This document shows, piece after piece, positions 37,740 to 50,948 of a stretch of 64,000 bases of DNA. This DNA is from Chiloscyllium plagiosum. Lineage: Eukaryota. The stretch covers positions 6,712,985-6,776,984 of the forward strand of contig NC_057757.1 in assembly GCF_004010195.1 (NCBI RefSeq), given 5' to 3'. The translations under genes and the position numbers were made by a program. The first letter of the stretch is position 1. Each line of letters opens with the position of its first letter. A model generated the notes under the pieces. The model was not told the origin of the DNA and ran no database searches. It saw only the letters and a program-made list of their open reading frames with translations.

Positions 37740-38735
37740 GTGGTGTGAGAAAGTAAATTGTTTTGTGAGGATAGCATGTCAGATGTGAGGTACTGCATTT
37801 TGGTAAAACAAGCAAGGGCAGACTTCAAATACAACATTTAAAAGGCATTTGGATGGGTATATGAACAGGAAGGATTTAGAGGGATATGGACCAAGTGCTA
37901 GCAACTGGAACTAGATTAGGTTAGGATATCTAGTCAGCATGGATGAGTTAGACCAAAGGGTCTGTTTCTGTGCTGTACATCTCTATGACTTATACAATTA
38001 CAAATAGGGCCTTGGACAGTGTTGTATAACAGAGAGACCTAGAGGTTCAGGTACATAAATCTTTGAAATTTGCATCACATTTAGATAGGGTGGTTGAGAA
38101 GGTGTTTACCACACCCATCTTCATTGCTCAGACATTTTGAGTACAGGAGTTGGGATGTCATGTTCAGGTTGTACAGGACGTTGCTGAGGCCCCTTATAGA
38201 ATACTGTGTCCAGTTCTGGTTGCCTTGTTAAAGGAAGGATACTATTAAGCCGGACAGGGTTCAGAAGAGATTTATCAAGATGTTGCCAGAATGGAGGTTT
38301 GAGTTATAAGGAGAGGCCGAATGCACTGGGTATGTTTTCACTGGAGCATAGGAGGTTGAGCAGTGGCCTTGTAGAGGTTTATAAAATCATGAGGGTTATA
38401 GATAAGGTGAATGGCAGATGTCTTTTCCCTAGGGTGGGGGATTTCACGTTTTGGGGACATAGTTTTAAGGTGAGAGGAGAACAATTTAAAAAAGACATGA
38501 CAGGCAAATCTTTTTGCACAGAGGGTGGTTCGTGGGAGGAATGAACATCCAGAGGAAGTGTTGAATGCAGGTCCAGTTACAACATTTAAAAGACATTTAG
38601 GTAAGTGCATGAATAAAAAATGTTTGGAGGGGCATGGGCTAGGAGCAGGCAGGTGGGACCAGTTTAATTTGGGGGATTATGGTCGGCGTGGACTGATTGG
38701 GCGGAAGTGTCTGGTTCTGTGCTGTATGATTCTAT
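37740..38735 (+). mobile_element. CR1-type LINE fragment with nested CR1 tail (about 37828-37990)
   Basis: GLSYKERPNALGMFSLE...LVEVYKIMR. Confidence 0.8.
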
Positions 38736-39028
38736 AAAGCAGGAACGTAGGCTAGCTGAATGCAGGACATCCTGAGATCAATCATCCTTGAATATGTCCA
38801 ACTGTAGAGTTGGCAACTGTAAACAAACACAAACAAAAGTTGCAGGAGAAACTCAGCAAGTCTCTGTGGTGAGAAAAGAGGTTAACGTTTCAGGTCTTGT
38901 GGCCCTTCTTCAGAGCTATTAGCAACCCTAACTGTAGACTAGGCCACTACATCGGTATCCTGCGATGGAGCTGTGCACAATTAGTGGCAAAGTCATTTTT
39001 ATGATTAGCATGTAGGCCCAACGGATTC

Positions 39029-39306
39029 TGTATTCATTGGAATCAGAGCCAGGTGGATCTCACCAACTATGAGATCCTTGACTGGGGTTGTTAACTTGAT
39101 CCACTCAATGAGCCCTGGCTGACAGCTATAAACAGGAGATTCAGAAGGGCTCCTCAGTCTAGGGTAAATAAAATAAACAGGGGATTGAGAAGGGCTCCTC
39201 ACTCTAGGGACTGGCTTTGAGCTAGCTGGTCACAGCCCATGAACAATGCATATGCAAATAAAGAGTGACTGGGTGATGGAAGACTGGCCTCTGTGCAATT
39301 ATTTCA
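39029..39306 (+). mobile_element. Solo-LTR-like repeat (family A), copy 4, with internal duplication around the TATA region
   Basis: TGT...TTATTTCA termini; flanks gattc/ggttc; duplicated ataaacagg.gatt.agaagggctcctca.tctaggg. Confidence 0.75.
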
Positions 39307-39860
39307 GGTTCCTAAATCAATTAAGAGAGCAGGCAGACTTAAAGCAATCACCAAAAGAGATAAGGGAAATAGCTTCTTCATGCAGAGAGTAGCTCGGGTC
39401 TCGAGTGTGCTGCCTTACTGAGTGGTAGAGGCAGGTTCAATTCATGCATTCAGAAAGGAGACAGTCTGTTTTTTTAAAAACAATGTGCGGTGTTGCGGGA
39501 GGAAGGCAGGAGAATGGCACGAAATGAATTGCACATTTGGAGAGCTAGAGCAGACATAATGGCCTCAATGGCCTTCTTTGGCACCATAGCAATACTGAGA
39601 GAGCAGATATGGGGAACTCAATAGGGTACCAGTGACTGCAAGGTCTTCTCTTTTCCCACACCCACCCCCTTAGTGCTACACCCTTCTCAGACCATCAGAG
39701 CTTTCAGCATTTCCTTTATCTAACCATTCCACAAACTATGATTATATTTAAACGATCTAACTTAAAACCCGAACATAGGGAGTCTTATGGAAACATCTAT
39801 AATTATCTCAATGTGTCTTTAATCTACCAGATATGCAAGTGGTTTATTTCAGAACCGCAC

Positions 39861-40195
39861 CTTATTTGTTTTAGTCACACCTCCAACACACTTGGCTTTG
39901 CGTTTAACCTTCTCTTCAACGCTGACTTTCTCTGGTTTTGTGATGCAGCCCTCATCAGCGTTTGCCATGGCCTGTCTCTTTTCTAACAACGCTTTCTTTT
40001 TCTTCACTGTAAAGCTTTTCTGGTCCCTTTTTTCCATATCCGGGAACGTTCCTCCCGCACTCTCCCTGTTCTGCCCCTCAACTCCAGCAGAGGAGTTCTC
40101 ACACAGCACCTCCTTCCTTTTCTTCGGTTTCATGATACCATCCTTCGCTCCCGGAGCGATGAAGCACACACCTCTCTTTGTATTCTTCTCGATAC
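39861..40195 (-). CDS. Coding exon 3, Lys-rich (GIEKNTKRGVCFIAPG...KRKAKCVGGVTKTNK)
   Basis: Inside ORF 39849..40295; acceptor tgttcag, donor AAG|gtgcgg; 335 nt, phase 1 to 0; basic NLS-like clusters KPKKRK, VKKKK, KVKRKAK. Confidence 0.8.
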
Positions 40196-41082
40196 CTGAA
40201 CATTTAAAGATTTTTTTGTGACAAGGTAATTTACTTCCTTGTGCTTTTTTGAATAGTTCAGCATACAGCACAACAGGAATACATAGCAGAATCATATAAT
40301 AGGGACCCTTCAGCCGTTAAAGCTGCACCAACAAAAAACTGCTCTAAAACCAAACTAGTACCACTTTCCAGCAATCGGCCCATAGCCTTGAATGCTATAA
40401 CATTTCCTGAAAGTTACAAGGCTTCCCCCCCCTCCACTCTCAACTACCCTCCTAAGGACTGGATTCCAGATGCCCGCCTGCCTCTGGGTGAAAAACGCTT
40501 TCCTCAAATCCCCTCTAAAAGTCCTACCTTTCACCTTAAGATTACGCCCCCTTGTTATTGACCCTCCAACTAAAGGCGAGAGGAGAAAGATTTTAAAAAA
40601 GACACCGGGGCAATTTTCTTTTACACAGAGAGTGGTTCACATGTGGAATGAACTTCCAGAGGAAGTATGGATGCACATATAGTTACAACATTTAAAAGAC
40701 ATTTAGCTAAGTACCTGAATAAGGAATGTTTGGAAGGATATGGGCCAAGCAGTGGCAGGTGGGATTAATTTAATTTGGGATTATGGTCGGCATTAACTGG
40801 TTCGACTGAACTGTCTGTGTCTGTGTTGTATGACTCTATAACTGCTTTCTATCCACCTTGTCCATGCCCCTCACAATCTTATATGCCCCAATCCAGTTCC
40901 CTCTCAGCCTTCCCTGCTCTAAAGAAAATAGCCCAAGTTTATCCAGCTGCTTTTTATACGTAAACTGCTCCATCCCTGGCAACATACTGGTGAATCTGCT
41001 CTGTACCTCTCCTGTGTAAATACATCCTTCCAATAGTGCAATAACCAGAACTGCAGACAGCACCCTAACTAAAGGGTGGGCG

Positions 41083-41410
41083 GCACGGTGGCACAGTGGT
41101 TAGCACTGCTGCCTCACAGCGCCTGAGACCCGGGTTCAATTCCCGCCTCAGGCGACTGACTGTGTGGAGTTTGCACGTTCTCCCCGTGTCTGCGTGGGTT
41201 TCCTCCGGGTGCTCCGGTTTCCTCCCACAGTCCAAAGATGTGCAGGGTCAGGTGAATTGGCCATGCTAAATTGCCCGTAGTGTTAGGTAAGGGGTAAATG
41301 TAGGGGTATGGGTGGGTTTCGCTTCGGCGGGTCGGTGTGGACTTGTTGGGCCGAAGGGCCTGTTTCCACACTGTAATGTAATCTAAAATCTAATCTAATG
41401 TAATCTAATG
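41083..41410 (+). mobile_element. Young full-length HE1-type SINE inserted in a CR1 fragment
   Basis: Intact A/B boxes, CpG-rich, (taatc/taatg)n tail, flanked by ctaaag repeats. Confidence 0.9.
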
Positions 41411-42429
41411 TCTAAAGCTTTGCACAGCTCCAACATAACTTCCTTGCTCTTATAACCTATTCCATGACTGATAAATACAAGGGTCCTGTATGCCTGCTCA
41501 ATTACCCTATTAACTTGCCTTGCCACTTTCAGAGATTCCCCCATAATGCCACACCCATGGGTGAACAGCACATGTGCTGGGTTCAGAATAGATACCATGA
41601 CATTTGTGATGGTGCCCCCCAAATTCAAAGTGTTTTCAGTAAAAGAGTGGAAAACATGAAGGTAAAGAACTAAGACATGATGGGAGGTTTGTGCTATAAA
41701 AATGAGATCATTACTCAATACCATTGACTTCAGAATGTTAGATTTTGTGTATAACGTGTGACCAATGCTATGTCATCTATTTTGTACTACCATCTATCCC
41801 TAGTTATGTTGGGACTTAAATTAATTTCATCTAATATTGTACAAAGTACAACATTAGCAGCAGCTTTTATATGAAGTAACGCTGTAAGCTATTTGATTTT
41901 GTAAGGACCAGTTTAACAGGAACCTATTGAAAACTGCAATAAAGAAAACATAATTGATATTGCAATCGTTATAAAATTTATGTTTTTGTTTCTTGATTTA
42001 AGGTGAATTGTCAAAAGAAGCATTGATGGCACGATACGTTCTTTTACGTAGCAATCAGTTAGGATTTGGAATGTATTGTGGTGGAAGCAAATTCAGTCAT
42101 GACTTTCCAAAGGTAATCGTACAGGGCTACAGGTAAGGTGGGGAAGTGGGATTAGTTCCTTCAGGGATGGGCTGAATGGCATGTTTCTGTACTTTAACCA
42201 TTCTGTGATTTTTAAAAACATGGGACCAGCATCCAGATGGCCAGATGGCTTGGTGTATCTCTTGATGTGATACTCACTGAAGATACAAACCAAGAGGCTT
42301 GGCCCTTGGCACGTGGCATGTTAGCTGACTATAGCCAGCACAGCAATCCAGGAGCTCATGTTAGTTAGTCTCAGTGCTGCCAGGTAGCACAAGAAATAAA
42401 ATCAACTAGGATTCTGATAGTCAGTCAGA

Positions 42430-43215
42430 GAGTCACATAGCACGGAAACCCTTTGGTCCAACTCGTCCGCACCAACCAGACGTACCAATTGGCTCAGTGG
42501 TTATCACAGCTGCCTCATAGCACCAGGGACCTGGGTTCAAATCCAGCCTTGGACGACTGTCTGTGTGGAGTTTGCACATTCTCCCCGTGTCTGCGTATGT
42601 TTCCTCTGGGTGCTCCAGTTTCCTCCCACAATCCAAAGATGTACAGGTTAGATGAATTGGCCATGATAAATTGCCCATAATGTTCAGGGATGTGCAGGTT
42701 AGGTGCATTAGTCAGAAGTAAATAGGGTAGGGGAATGGATCTGGGTAAGTTATTCTTCACAGGGTCAATGTGGATTTGTTGGGCTGAAGGGCCTGTTTCC
42801 ACACCATATGGATTCTATGGACCTATTCCCATTTGGCCCATATCCCAATACACCCTTCCTATTTAAATACCTATCACGATGCCTTTTAAATGTCACCACT
42901 TCCCCAAGTAGCTCGTTCCATACACGCACCACCACCTGCCCAATAAAGGTCCTTTTAAAATCTTCCCCCTCTCACCTTCAAGGTATGCCTTATAGTTTTG
43001 GACTCACTCACCCTTGGAATAAGACCTTGGCTATTCATCCTTATCCATTCCTCCCCAAGATTTAAAAAACCTCAATATGGTCACCCCTCAGCCATCGACA
43101 CTCCAGGGAAAAAAGCCCCAGCCTATTCAGCCTTCCCCTATAGCTCAAACCCTTCAGTCCCAGCAACATCCTTGTAAATCTTTTCAGCGCCCTCTCAATT
43201 TTAACAACATCCTTA
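42430..43215. mobile_element. CR1 3' end (-) with an HE1 SINE (+, 42490-42820) inserted
   Basis: Family matches as above. Confidence 0.8.
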
Positions 43216-43606
43216 ACACTTTAAGCAACATTACAACCCAGTGTTTTATGCAGATGGTGAGTAAGGAATGGATATTCTTAATTGCCTTCTGAAATGGCTG
43301 AGCAAGCCACACAGTCCAAAGAGCAATCAGACAGTGGAAACACTTTAATGCAACACCCAGATCCCAGGAAGGAAAAAAGGGCAAAAAGACACACTGACTA
43401 ATGGCAGCTATAGACATCAGGAGCTTTCTTGTCTCCTGTGCACAGAATCTACTTTTAACCACTAAGGCATCAAAACAGAAAGTACTTCTTCAAACTAAGT
43501 AACCTTTCCTCGCTCTTTTTCTTCAGCACATTCAACATACGATGCAGACAATAGAAACCCTAAAGGAGACAATAATTTTAGCTCTACCATTTGTGACACT
43601 TTCCAT

Positions 43607-44252
43607 CATAGAGTCCCACAGCATAGAAACAGAGCCTTTGGTTCAACTCTTCCACGCTGAACAGGTTTCCCAAAATTACTGTGTCCCATTTGCCTGCATT
43701 TGGCCCCTATCCCTTTGAACCTTCCCTAGCGATGTACCTGTCCAATTGTCTTTTCAATGTTGTCACTGTACCTGCCTCCACCACTTCCTCAGGCAGCTCA
43801 TTCCATAAACACACCTGAGAGGTTGCCTCTCAGGTCCCTTTTATATCTCTCCCCTCTCACCCTAAACCTAAGCCCTCTGGTTTTGGACTCAGCTACTCTG
43901 AAAAAAAACCTTAGCTATTCAACCTGCTCGTGCCCCTCATGATTTTATAAACCTCTATACGGTCATCCCTCAGCCTCCAACACATCAGAGGAAAAAAGCC
44001 CAAGCCTATTCAGCCCCTATATAGCTCAAACCCTCCATTCTCGGCAACATCTCTGTAAATCTTTTCTGAACGCTTTCAAGTTTAACAACATCTCTCCTAT
44101 AGCGGGGAGACCAGAACTGAATGCAATATTCCAAAAGCGACCTCATCAATACCCTGTACAGCCGCAATATGATGTCCCAATTCCTATGGTCAATGCACTG
44201 ACAAATGAAAGCAAGCATACCTAACACCTTCTTCACCGTCCTGTCTACCTTG
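43607..44252 (-). mobile_element. CR1/HER1-type LINE 3' fragment
   Basis: ORF 44006..44236, LRLYRVLMRSLLEYCIQFWSP. Confidence 0.9.
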
Positions 44253-44389
44253 GGTTATAGCCGAAAACTGTTAGATGCCAAAGGTACACTGACGCATAGT
44301 TCTTGTGAGAAAATATTTGGAGAAAAGTCACTTTTATCCAACAATTATAGAAATGCATGCCACGTCTGACCTAGCTACTTAAAACCTAC

Positions 44390-44452
44390 CATTGCTTGCT
44401 GCAGACACCTCAAATGTACCAGGATTATCAGCACAGCACAGTTTCCTCAGCT
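44390..44452 (-). CDS. Coding exon 2 (ELRKLCCADNPGTFEVSAASN)
   Basis: Acceptor tacttacttttctag, donor AATG|gtaggt, 63 nt, phase 1 to 1, open frame. Confidence 0.65.
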
Positions 44453-46055
44453 CTAGAAAAGTAAGTACACAAAATGCAAATCAATTAAAAGATCTTTCAT
44501 TTTAAAAGGTGCATTGCCTTATTGAATACAGTGGGTGCAGCCACAGAAACTGGTGAGGAAACATTTGATTTCAAGCCTACTGACAATTATTGTGAGATAG
44601 AGAAATGTGAGTACGTGGCACATTTCATTTGCTTACAATTGATTTTCTATACGGAGAGTAGTCAAAATAAATGTTTTGGAGATTTATAAACAGTGACAGC
44701 TTTTTGAATGCACCACATCCACAAACGTTCATTCTGTCTACCACCAATGCTCAGTAGCAACAGTATCAGTATCATCAACAAGCTGCACTGCAGAAATTCA
44801 CCAAGGCTCCTTGGACAGCACCTCCTGAACCCATGGCGACTGAGGGCAGCAAATACATGGGAAAACCACCACCTGTAAGTTCCCCTCCCAGCCGGTCACC
44901 ATCCTGACCAGGAAATATATCGCCGCTCCTTCAATGTCGCCGGGTCAGAATCTTGGAACTCCCTCCCGAAGTTCATTGTAGATGGCCCACACCAAATGGG
45001 CCACAGCAGCTCAAGAAGGCAGCTCACCATCATCTTGTCAAGAATACGTGAGGTATGGGCAATAAATGCTGACCCAGTCAATAATGCCAACACCCCATGA
45101 ATGAAAAAGAACTGTACATAAGATTTTGCTGGGAAAAGATCACTCCTGAGATGAAGGGCTTATCTAATGAAGAACGATTGGGCCTATACCTATTGGAGTT
45201 TAGAAAAATTAAAAATTTTCTCATTCTAAGGAAGCATATAAGACCGTGAGGGAACCTGATATTTGGATACCAGGAGAATGTTTTCTTTTATGGAAGGACA
45301 CTAGAGCCAGGGAAATAAAAGGAACCAGTTCTGAGGAAGAGTTTTTGGACCCGAAACATTAACTCTGACTTCTCTCCACAAAGGCTGTCAGACCTGCTGA
45401 GCTTTTCCAGCAATTTCTGCTTTTATTAAGAATAGGTCTCCCTTTTAAGTCAGGGATGAGAAGAATGTTTTTCCCAGAGGGTCATTAGTACTTGGAATTC
45501 TTCTCTCCAGACAGCAGAGGAACCTGAACCATTGTATTAATTCTAAGCTGAGTTAGAGTACTTTTTGTCAACACATTGGGGAATTCAATGGTTATGGCGG
45601 CAGACAGGAAGGTGGAGTTCAGATGGCAACCAGATCACCCACAAATTTATTGAATAACAGAACAGGCACAAAGGGCCAAATGGATCTACTCCTAAGTCTA
45701 ATGTTCCTGTACACAGGAGGAAGTCCTTAGTGGCAAGAGTAATTCCATGCGTAAAAGATGTGAACAAACCCTCTAAATATTGTGCATATTTAGCATCAGG
45801 CTTTAGACAATATGATTGCAGGTGATTTTACTGGAGATGATGCCCAGGACCCTGGTGTTAAACATTTCATTTCCTTAGTCTTGCAACCATAGCAGTAAAA
45901 GGCAGATTTATATAATTGCTAGCTAAGACAGTACAGATACTCTCACTTTTCCTACTGAAAGCTGAGCAGGCTGATTTTCCAGTCCCACTATCGTCCTCTT
46001 TCAGGACAAATTAGGCCTGTTCCTTCCACGCCTTTTATTCTTCTATTGATGTTAC

Positions 46056-46097
46056 CTATTTGGCAACAACAATTCCTGACTACTGCAGTTCCCGCTC
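46056..46097 (-). CDS. Possible 42-nt cassette exon (GAGTAVVRNCCCQI) of the same gene
   Basis: Acceptor gatttttgcttttcctgtcag, donor ATAG|gtaaca, open in phase 1 to 1, unique non-repeat context; not needed for the frame. Confidence 0.35.
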
Positions 46098-47574
46098 CTG
46101 ACAGGAAAAGCAAAAATCAGAGTCCGTGCACCTTACAGCTCACTTTGTAAAACTCCTGAAGCCCTTATCAGGCATGCCTCCAGTCGCAAGAGCAGGTGCT
46201 TGGCTCATCTTTCTGCAGCAGATATTTACAGTCCTTAGATTTAGCATGGAAACACCACCACTTCCAACTTCCCCTCCGAGCCACACACCACTCTGACTTG
46301 GAAGTACATCGGCTGTTCCTTCAGAGTCACCGAGTCAAAAATTCTGGAACTCACATGCTAACAGCACAGTGGGCATCCCTACTCCACACGGTCTACAGCA
46401 GACAAAGAAGGTGGCTCACCCCCACCTTCTCACCGTCAACTGAGGGGGCCCAGCCAGTGACTCTCATCCCATCCCCTGAAAGACTAAAGAAGGGTCATGG
46501 CCTCTAAAGTGGCATAGAGTGACCCCGTGTGAACCCCCCAAAGAGAGGAAATATGATGCAGCAACAAAGATAATTCAAAGATGGGGAGGAAAGTTTCCAC
46601 CCACAGTCCAAAGATGTGCAGGCTAGGTGGGTTAGCCATGGGAAATGCAGGGTTACAGGGATAGGATGCGGGGTGGGGGGCTTCTGGGCAGAATGTTCTT
46701 CAGAGACATGGACACCATGTGCTAAATGGCTTGCTTCCACACTGTAGGGATTCTATGAAAGGGGAGACAATAGAGTGGGGAAATTGCTGGAAAGGTAAGT
46801 GTTTTCTGCTGGAAGGAGAATCAAGTCCATCACATTGAGTGGAGCTGATTTTGTTTCCTTTCACTTTTGAAGAGTGCTTTACCGTGGACATACTTGTCAT
46901 GCCTGTTGTGTCAACTAGCTGCCTTGATGATGTGTTGGAAATGGGTCAGAAGAGGTTTACTAGACTGATACCTCGAATGAGCAAGTTATCTCACGAAGGA
47001 AAGCTGGGACAGGGCAGGGCTCATTTCGACTGGAGTTGAAAGAGTAAGGGGAGGTTTGACCAAACTGCATAAGATGCTGAATGGCCTTGACAATGTGGGA
47101 ACTTCTCGTGGTTCAGTCCAGAACTAAGGAGGTGGGGAGGCGGCACTGTTTTAAAATTATGGGCCTCCATTTTAGAACAGAGATCTTATCTCTCTGTGAG
47201 TTGTGCAGTTCAGGAATTCTGCCTCAGAAGGTGGTGGACACGGGATCAGTTACAACACAACTGTGCTGTTTCTTTATTTCAGAGAGGTACCACCACAGTC
47301 ACCAGAATGTCAGCTTCAGAAGCAGTGGGTAAACAGCGTCGAACTCCGAGCGTTAGACAAAAAAAGCGTGGCGAAAGTGAAGACTGCAGATGCTGGAGAT
47401 CAGAGTCAAAAGTGTGGTGCTGGAAAAGCACAGCAGGTCAGGCAGCATCCGAGGGGCAGGAGGCAAAAGCCCTTCATCAGGAATGAGGGTGTGAACTGAG
47501 GGGGTGGTGACATAAATGGGAGGAGGGTGTGGGGTTGGGGGGGGGTTGGGGGGGAAGGTCGCTGAGAGTGGGTG

Positions 47575-47997
47575 GAGTCAGACTCACACAGACCCAGGGT
47601 TTCAGTTTCTCTTTCAGTTGAAGTTGGGGTTTGAAGTTGTTAAATTGTTTCCTTCCCTGTTTCTTTCTCCTGGGCTGGAGGAGATAGCAAGTGAGGAAAA
47701 TCTGTTTTGCTGAATTTGCCTTTGCCAAGGGTGTGTTTATATATTGCTATATTGGAACAGTTGATGATCAATAGTTAAATAATGTACTCTTTTCTGAAGT
47801 GTTTCGACTGAGTTAAAGTTGTGCCAATTCTTTTTTTTTTTGCTTGTATTTTAACTGGGGTAAGAAGAAAGTGTGTTTTGCTTAAAGCCTCATAGTTGGA
47901 CCGATCAAATCACAACTGGAACACGGCGTCTTATGTTTGCATTTAAATAAAAGTTAGAGTCTCGGCTATTTTGAGGGAGTTTGGTCTTGTCCACAAC
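47575..47997 (+). mobile_element. Probable 3' part of an LTR, preceded by a Penelope-end fragment (47373-47570, minus)
   Basis: T-rich U5-like tract, AATAAA near 47946, ends ...ccacaaca; family assignment is inference. Confidence 0.4.
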
Positions 47998-49407
47998 AGA
48001 ATGAATATTTTTAATGTGATGGTAGACACCAATTCTTGTCGGGCAGAGGAATCAAAGGTAATTGACATAGATAGAAACACGGAATTTGAAACAAAACAAA
48101 TTGCACAACACCAGGTTATAGTCCAACAGGTTTATATGGAAGCACACTAGCTTTTTGAGTGCCTTCATCAGGTGGTTGTGGAAGTTAAGATCATGCTCAC
48201 AGAATTTATAGCGAATTTTGGCGCAGCGCTCCAAAAGCTAATGCTTTCAAATATACCTGTTGGACTATAAACTGGTGTTGTGTGATTTTTAACTTTGTCC
48301 ACCTCAGTCCAACAGTGGCACCTCCAAGACAAAGCAAATTAGTCACTGATCTTACTAAATAGCAGAACAGGTTGTGAAGGGGTTGAATCATCTATTTCTG
48401 CTCCTACCTCATATGTTTGTACATATTTTTCCTGCATGGCACAGCTTTCTAAGCATTTAGCAATAGGTAGGCAATCCATCTGGGTCCTGATGAAATCACG
48501 TCCCTTTCACTTTTGTGTAAGACAAGCTTCTCTACATTTGACAGGCATGCCTAGTGTGCTGTTCTACAATTACTGTCGCTTAAACAGGGCAGAGCTCCTG
48601 AAACACGTTGGCAGGAATTGGTACACAGGTGAGAGGATCTAATAGTGTTCCTACCTCTAGACCAGGAGGCCCAGGTTCAAGTCCCATCAGCTCCAAAGAT
48701 GTGCGATAGCAACTCTGAACAGGTTCACAGGATCATGGAATCCCTAGAGTGCGGTACAAGGCCTTTGGGCTCATTGCGTCTGTAGCAACCCTCCAAAGAG
48801 CATCCCACCCAGATTCAGACCCCGCTCTACCTCTGGGATCCTGCATTTACCACGGCTAACCAACTTGTCTGCATCACAGGGGCAATTTTGCATGGCCAAT
48901 CCACCTAACCTGCACACCTTTGGATTGTGGGAGGAAACCAGGGCACCTAGAGGAAACCCACGCAGATACAGGGAGAACATGCAAGCTCCACACAGACAGT
49001 CGCCAGAGGGTGGAATCAAACCCAGGTCCCTGGGCTACAGTGCCATCCTAAAGTGGTTGATTGGAAATTAAAATAAAAACTCAGAGTGAGTGGTATATGA
49101 CCTCTGGAACCTTTCTCCACCTTCCTTCCCTCAACAGGCAAGTGCGTCAACCTCTTTACTGATGAGAGAGCCTCCTTATTTATAACAAACGGCAACACTG
49201 TAGACAGCCTGGTTGCCTCCATGTCCACATTTGGGTGATGTTTGGCCCTTTGTTTGTTATTCGGGGGGTTTGGGTATTGCAGAGAAACACTTAATTCATA
49301 ATCAGTGTAATAAATAACACAGTCTGTGGTACAGTTAGCCATAAAGAGCTCACGCTAATGTGAAATAGGGTCAATTCTTATGATTCTATAAGACCAACAG
49401 ACATACG

Positions 49408-49740
49408 GTAAATAGGCAAAGTCTTTTCCCTAGGGTCGGGGAGTCCAGAACTGGAGGGCATAGGTTTAGGGTGAGAGGGAAAGATATAAAAGAGACCTAC
49501 AGGGGCAACTATATCACACAGAGGGTGGTACATATATGGAATGAGCTGCTAGAGGAAGTGGTGGAGGCTGGTACAATTACAACATTCAAGAGGCATCTGG
49601 ATGGGTATATGAATAGGAAGAGATTGGAGGGATATGGGCCAAATGCTGGCACGTGGGTCTAGATTGGTTTGGGATATCTGGTCGGCATGGATGGGTTGGA
49701 CTGAAGGGTCTGTTTCCATGCTGTACATCTCTATGACTCT
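49408..49740 (+). mobile_element. CR1/HER1 3' end
   Basis: WNELLEEVVEAGTITTFKRHLD. Confidence 0.85.
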
Positions 49741-50588
49741 AAGTAGGCCACTCAGCAAATGAAGTCTGTTTCCCCATTTAATTAGATTGTGGCTGATCTG
49801 ATAATCATCAACTCCAATTTTCTGCCTTCTCCTTATAACAATTTAGCCCCTTACTAATTAAAAAGTTGTCTATCTCACAGTACCAGGGACCCAGGTTTGA
49901 TACCAGACTTGGGCGACTGTCTGTGTGATGTTTACACATTCTCCCCGTTTCTGCGTGGGTTTCCTCCAGGTGCTCCGGTTTTCTCCCACAGTCCAAAAAT
50001 ATGCAGGTTCGGGTGTATTGATCATGCTAAATTGTCCTGTAGTGTCCAGGGATGTGCAGGCTAGGTGGATTAGCCATGGCAAATGTGGAGTTTATGGAGA
50101 TGGGGTGGGGGACTAAGTGGGATGCCCTTCCAAGGGTTGGTGCAGCGTGGATGGGTTGAATGGCTTCTTTCTGCACTGTAGGGATTCTATGATTCTATCT
50201 CAGCCTTGAATATACCTTATGAACCAGTTTCATCCATCCGTTGCAGTGAAGAACTCCACAGATTCACTCCCCTCTGAGAGAAGAAACTCTTCATCCCCTG
50301 TCCTTACTGGGTGACACTTTCCTCTGAGATTACAACCTCTGGCCATGGACTCTCCCCTGACAGTAAACAACCTCACTGCATTCACTCCATTAAGTCTCCC
50401 AAGAACCTGTTACGAATCAAAAAAGCTCGCCTCTCATTCTTCCAAAGCAACCCGCATGTACTAGCGTGTGGCCCAGAGGCTAGATGCAAGGTCTCGCACT
50501 TTTAAGAATTCACAACCTAGCTCTGGGTCTTTACGTTGGCTGCCTACCTGAGGCAGTGGGACGTACAAATGGAGTCAATGGATGGAAG

Positions 50589-50948
50589 TCGAAAGTGTAG
50601 TGCTGGAAAAGCACAGCAAGTCAAGCAGCATCCTAGGAGCAGGAAAATTGACGTTTCGGGCAGGATTATCCAAGTCCCAAGCCTTCAACTCGGAACCACC
50701 CTACAGACCAGTCCATCACTCCCCCGCGACCTATCACCTTCTCCCTCATCTACCTATCACATTTCCAACTACCTTGCCCCCAGCCCCAGCCCCCTCCCAT
50801 TTATCTCTCAGCCCCAACCCACAAGCCTCTTTCCTGATGAAGGGCTCCTCCTCGCCTGCTCCTCGGATGCTGCCTGACCTGCTGTGCTTTTCCAGCACCA
50901 CTCTCTCGACTCTGATCTTCATCATCTGCAGTCCTCACTTTCTCGTCC
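50589..50948. mobile_element. Penelope-end insertion with inverted terminal arm
   Basis: TSD tcaa(t/c)ggatggaag at 50575-50588 and 50949-50962; ctgatgaagggc at about 50834. Confidence 0.75.

Noticed and set aside
41083..41160. tRNA gene
   Set aside because: It is the tRNA-derived head of an HE1 SINE, continuing into SINE core and tail.
43504..43559. 56-nt exon candidate with a good acceptor
   Set aside because: Phase 1 to 0 would break the frame before exon 3, I found no compensating exon, and the donor is weak.
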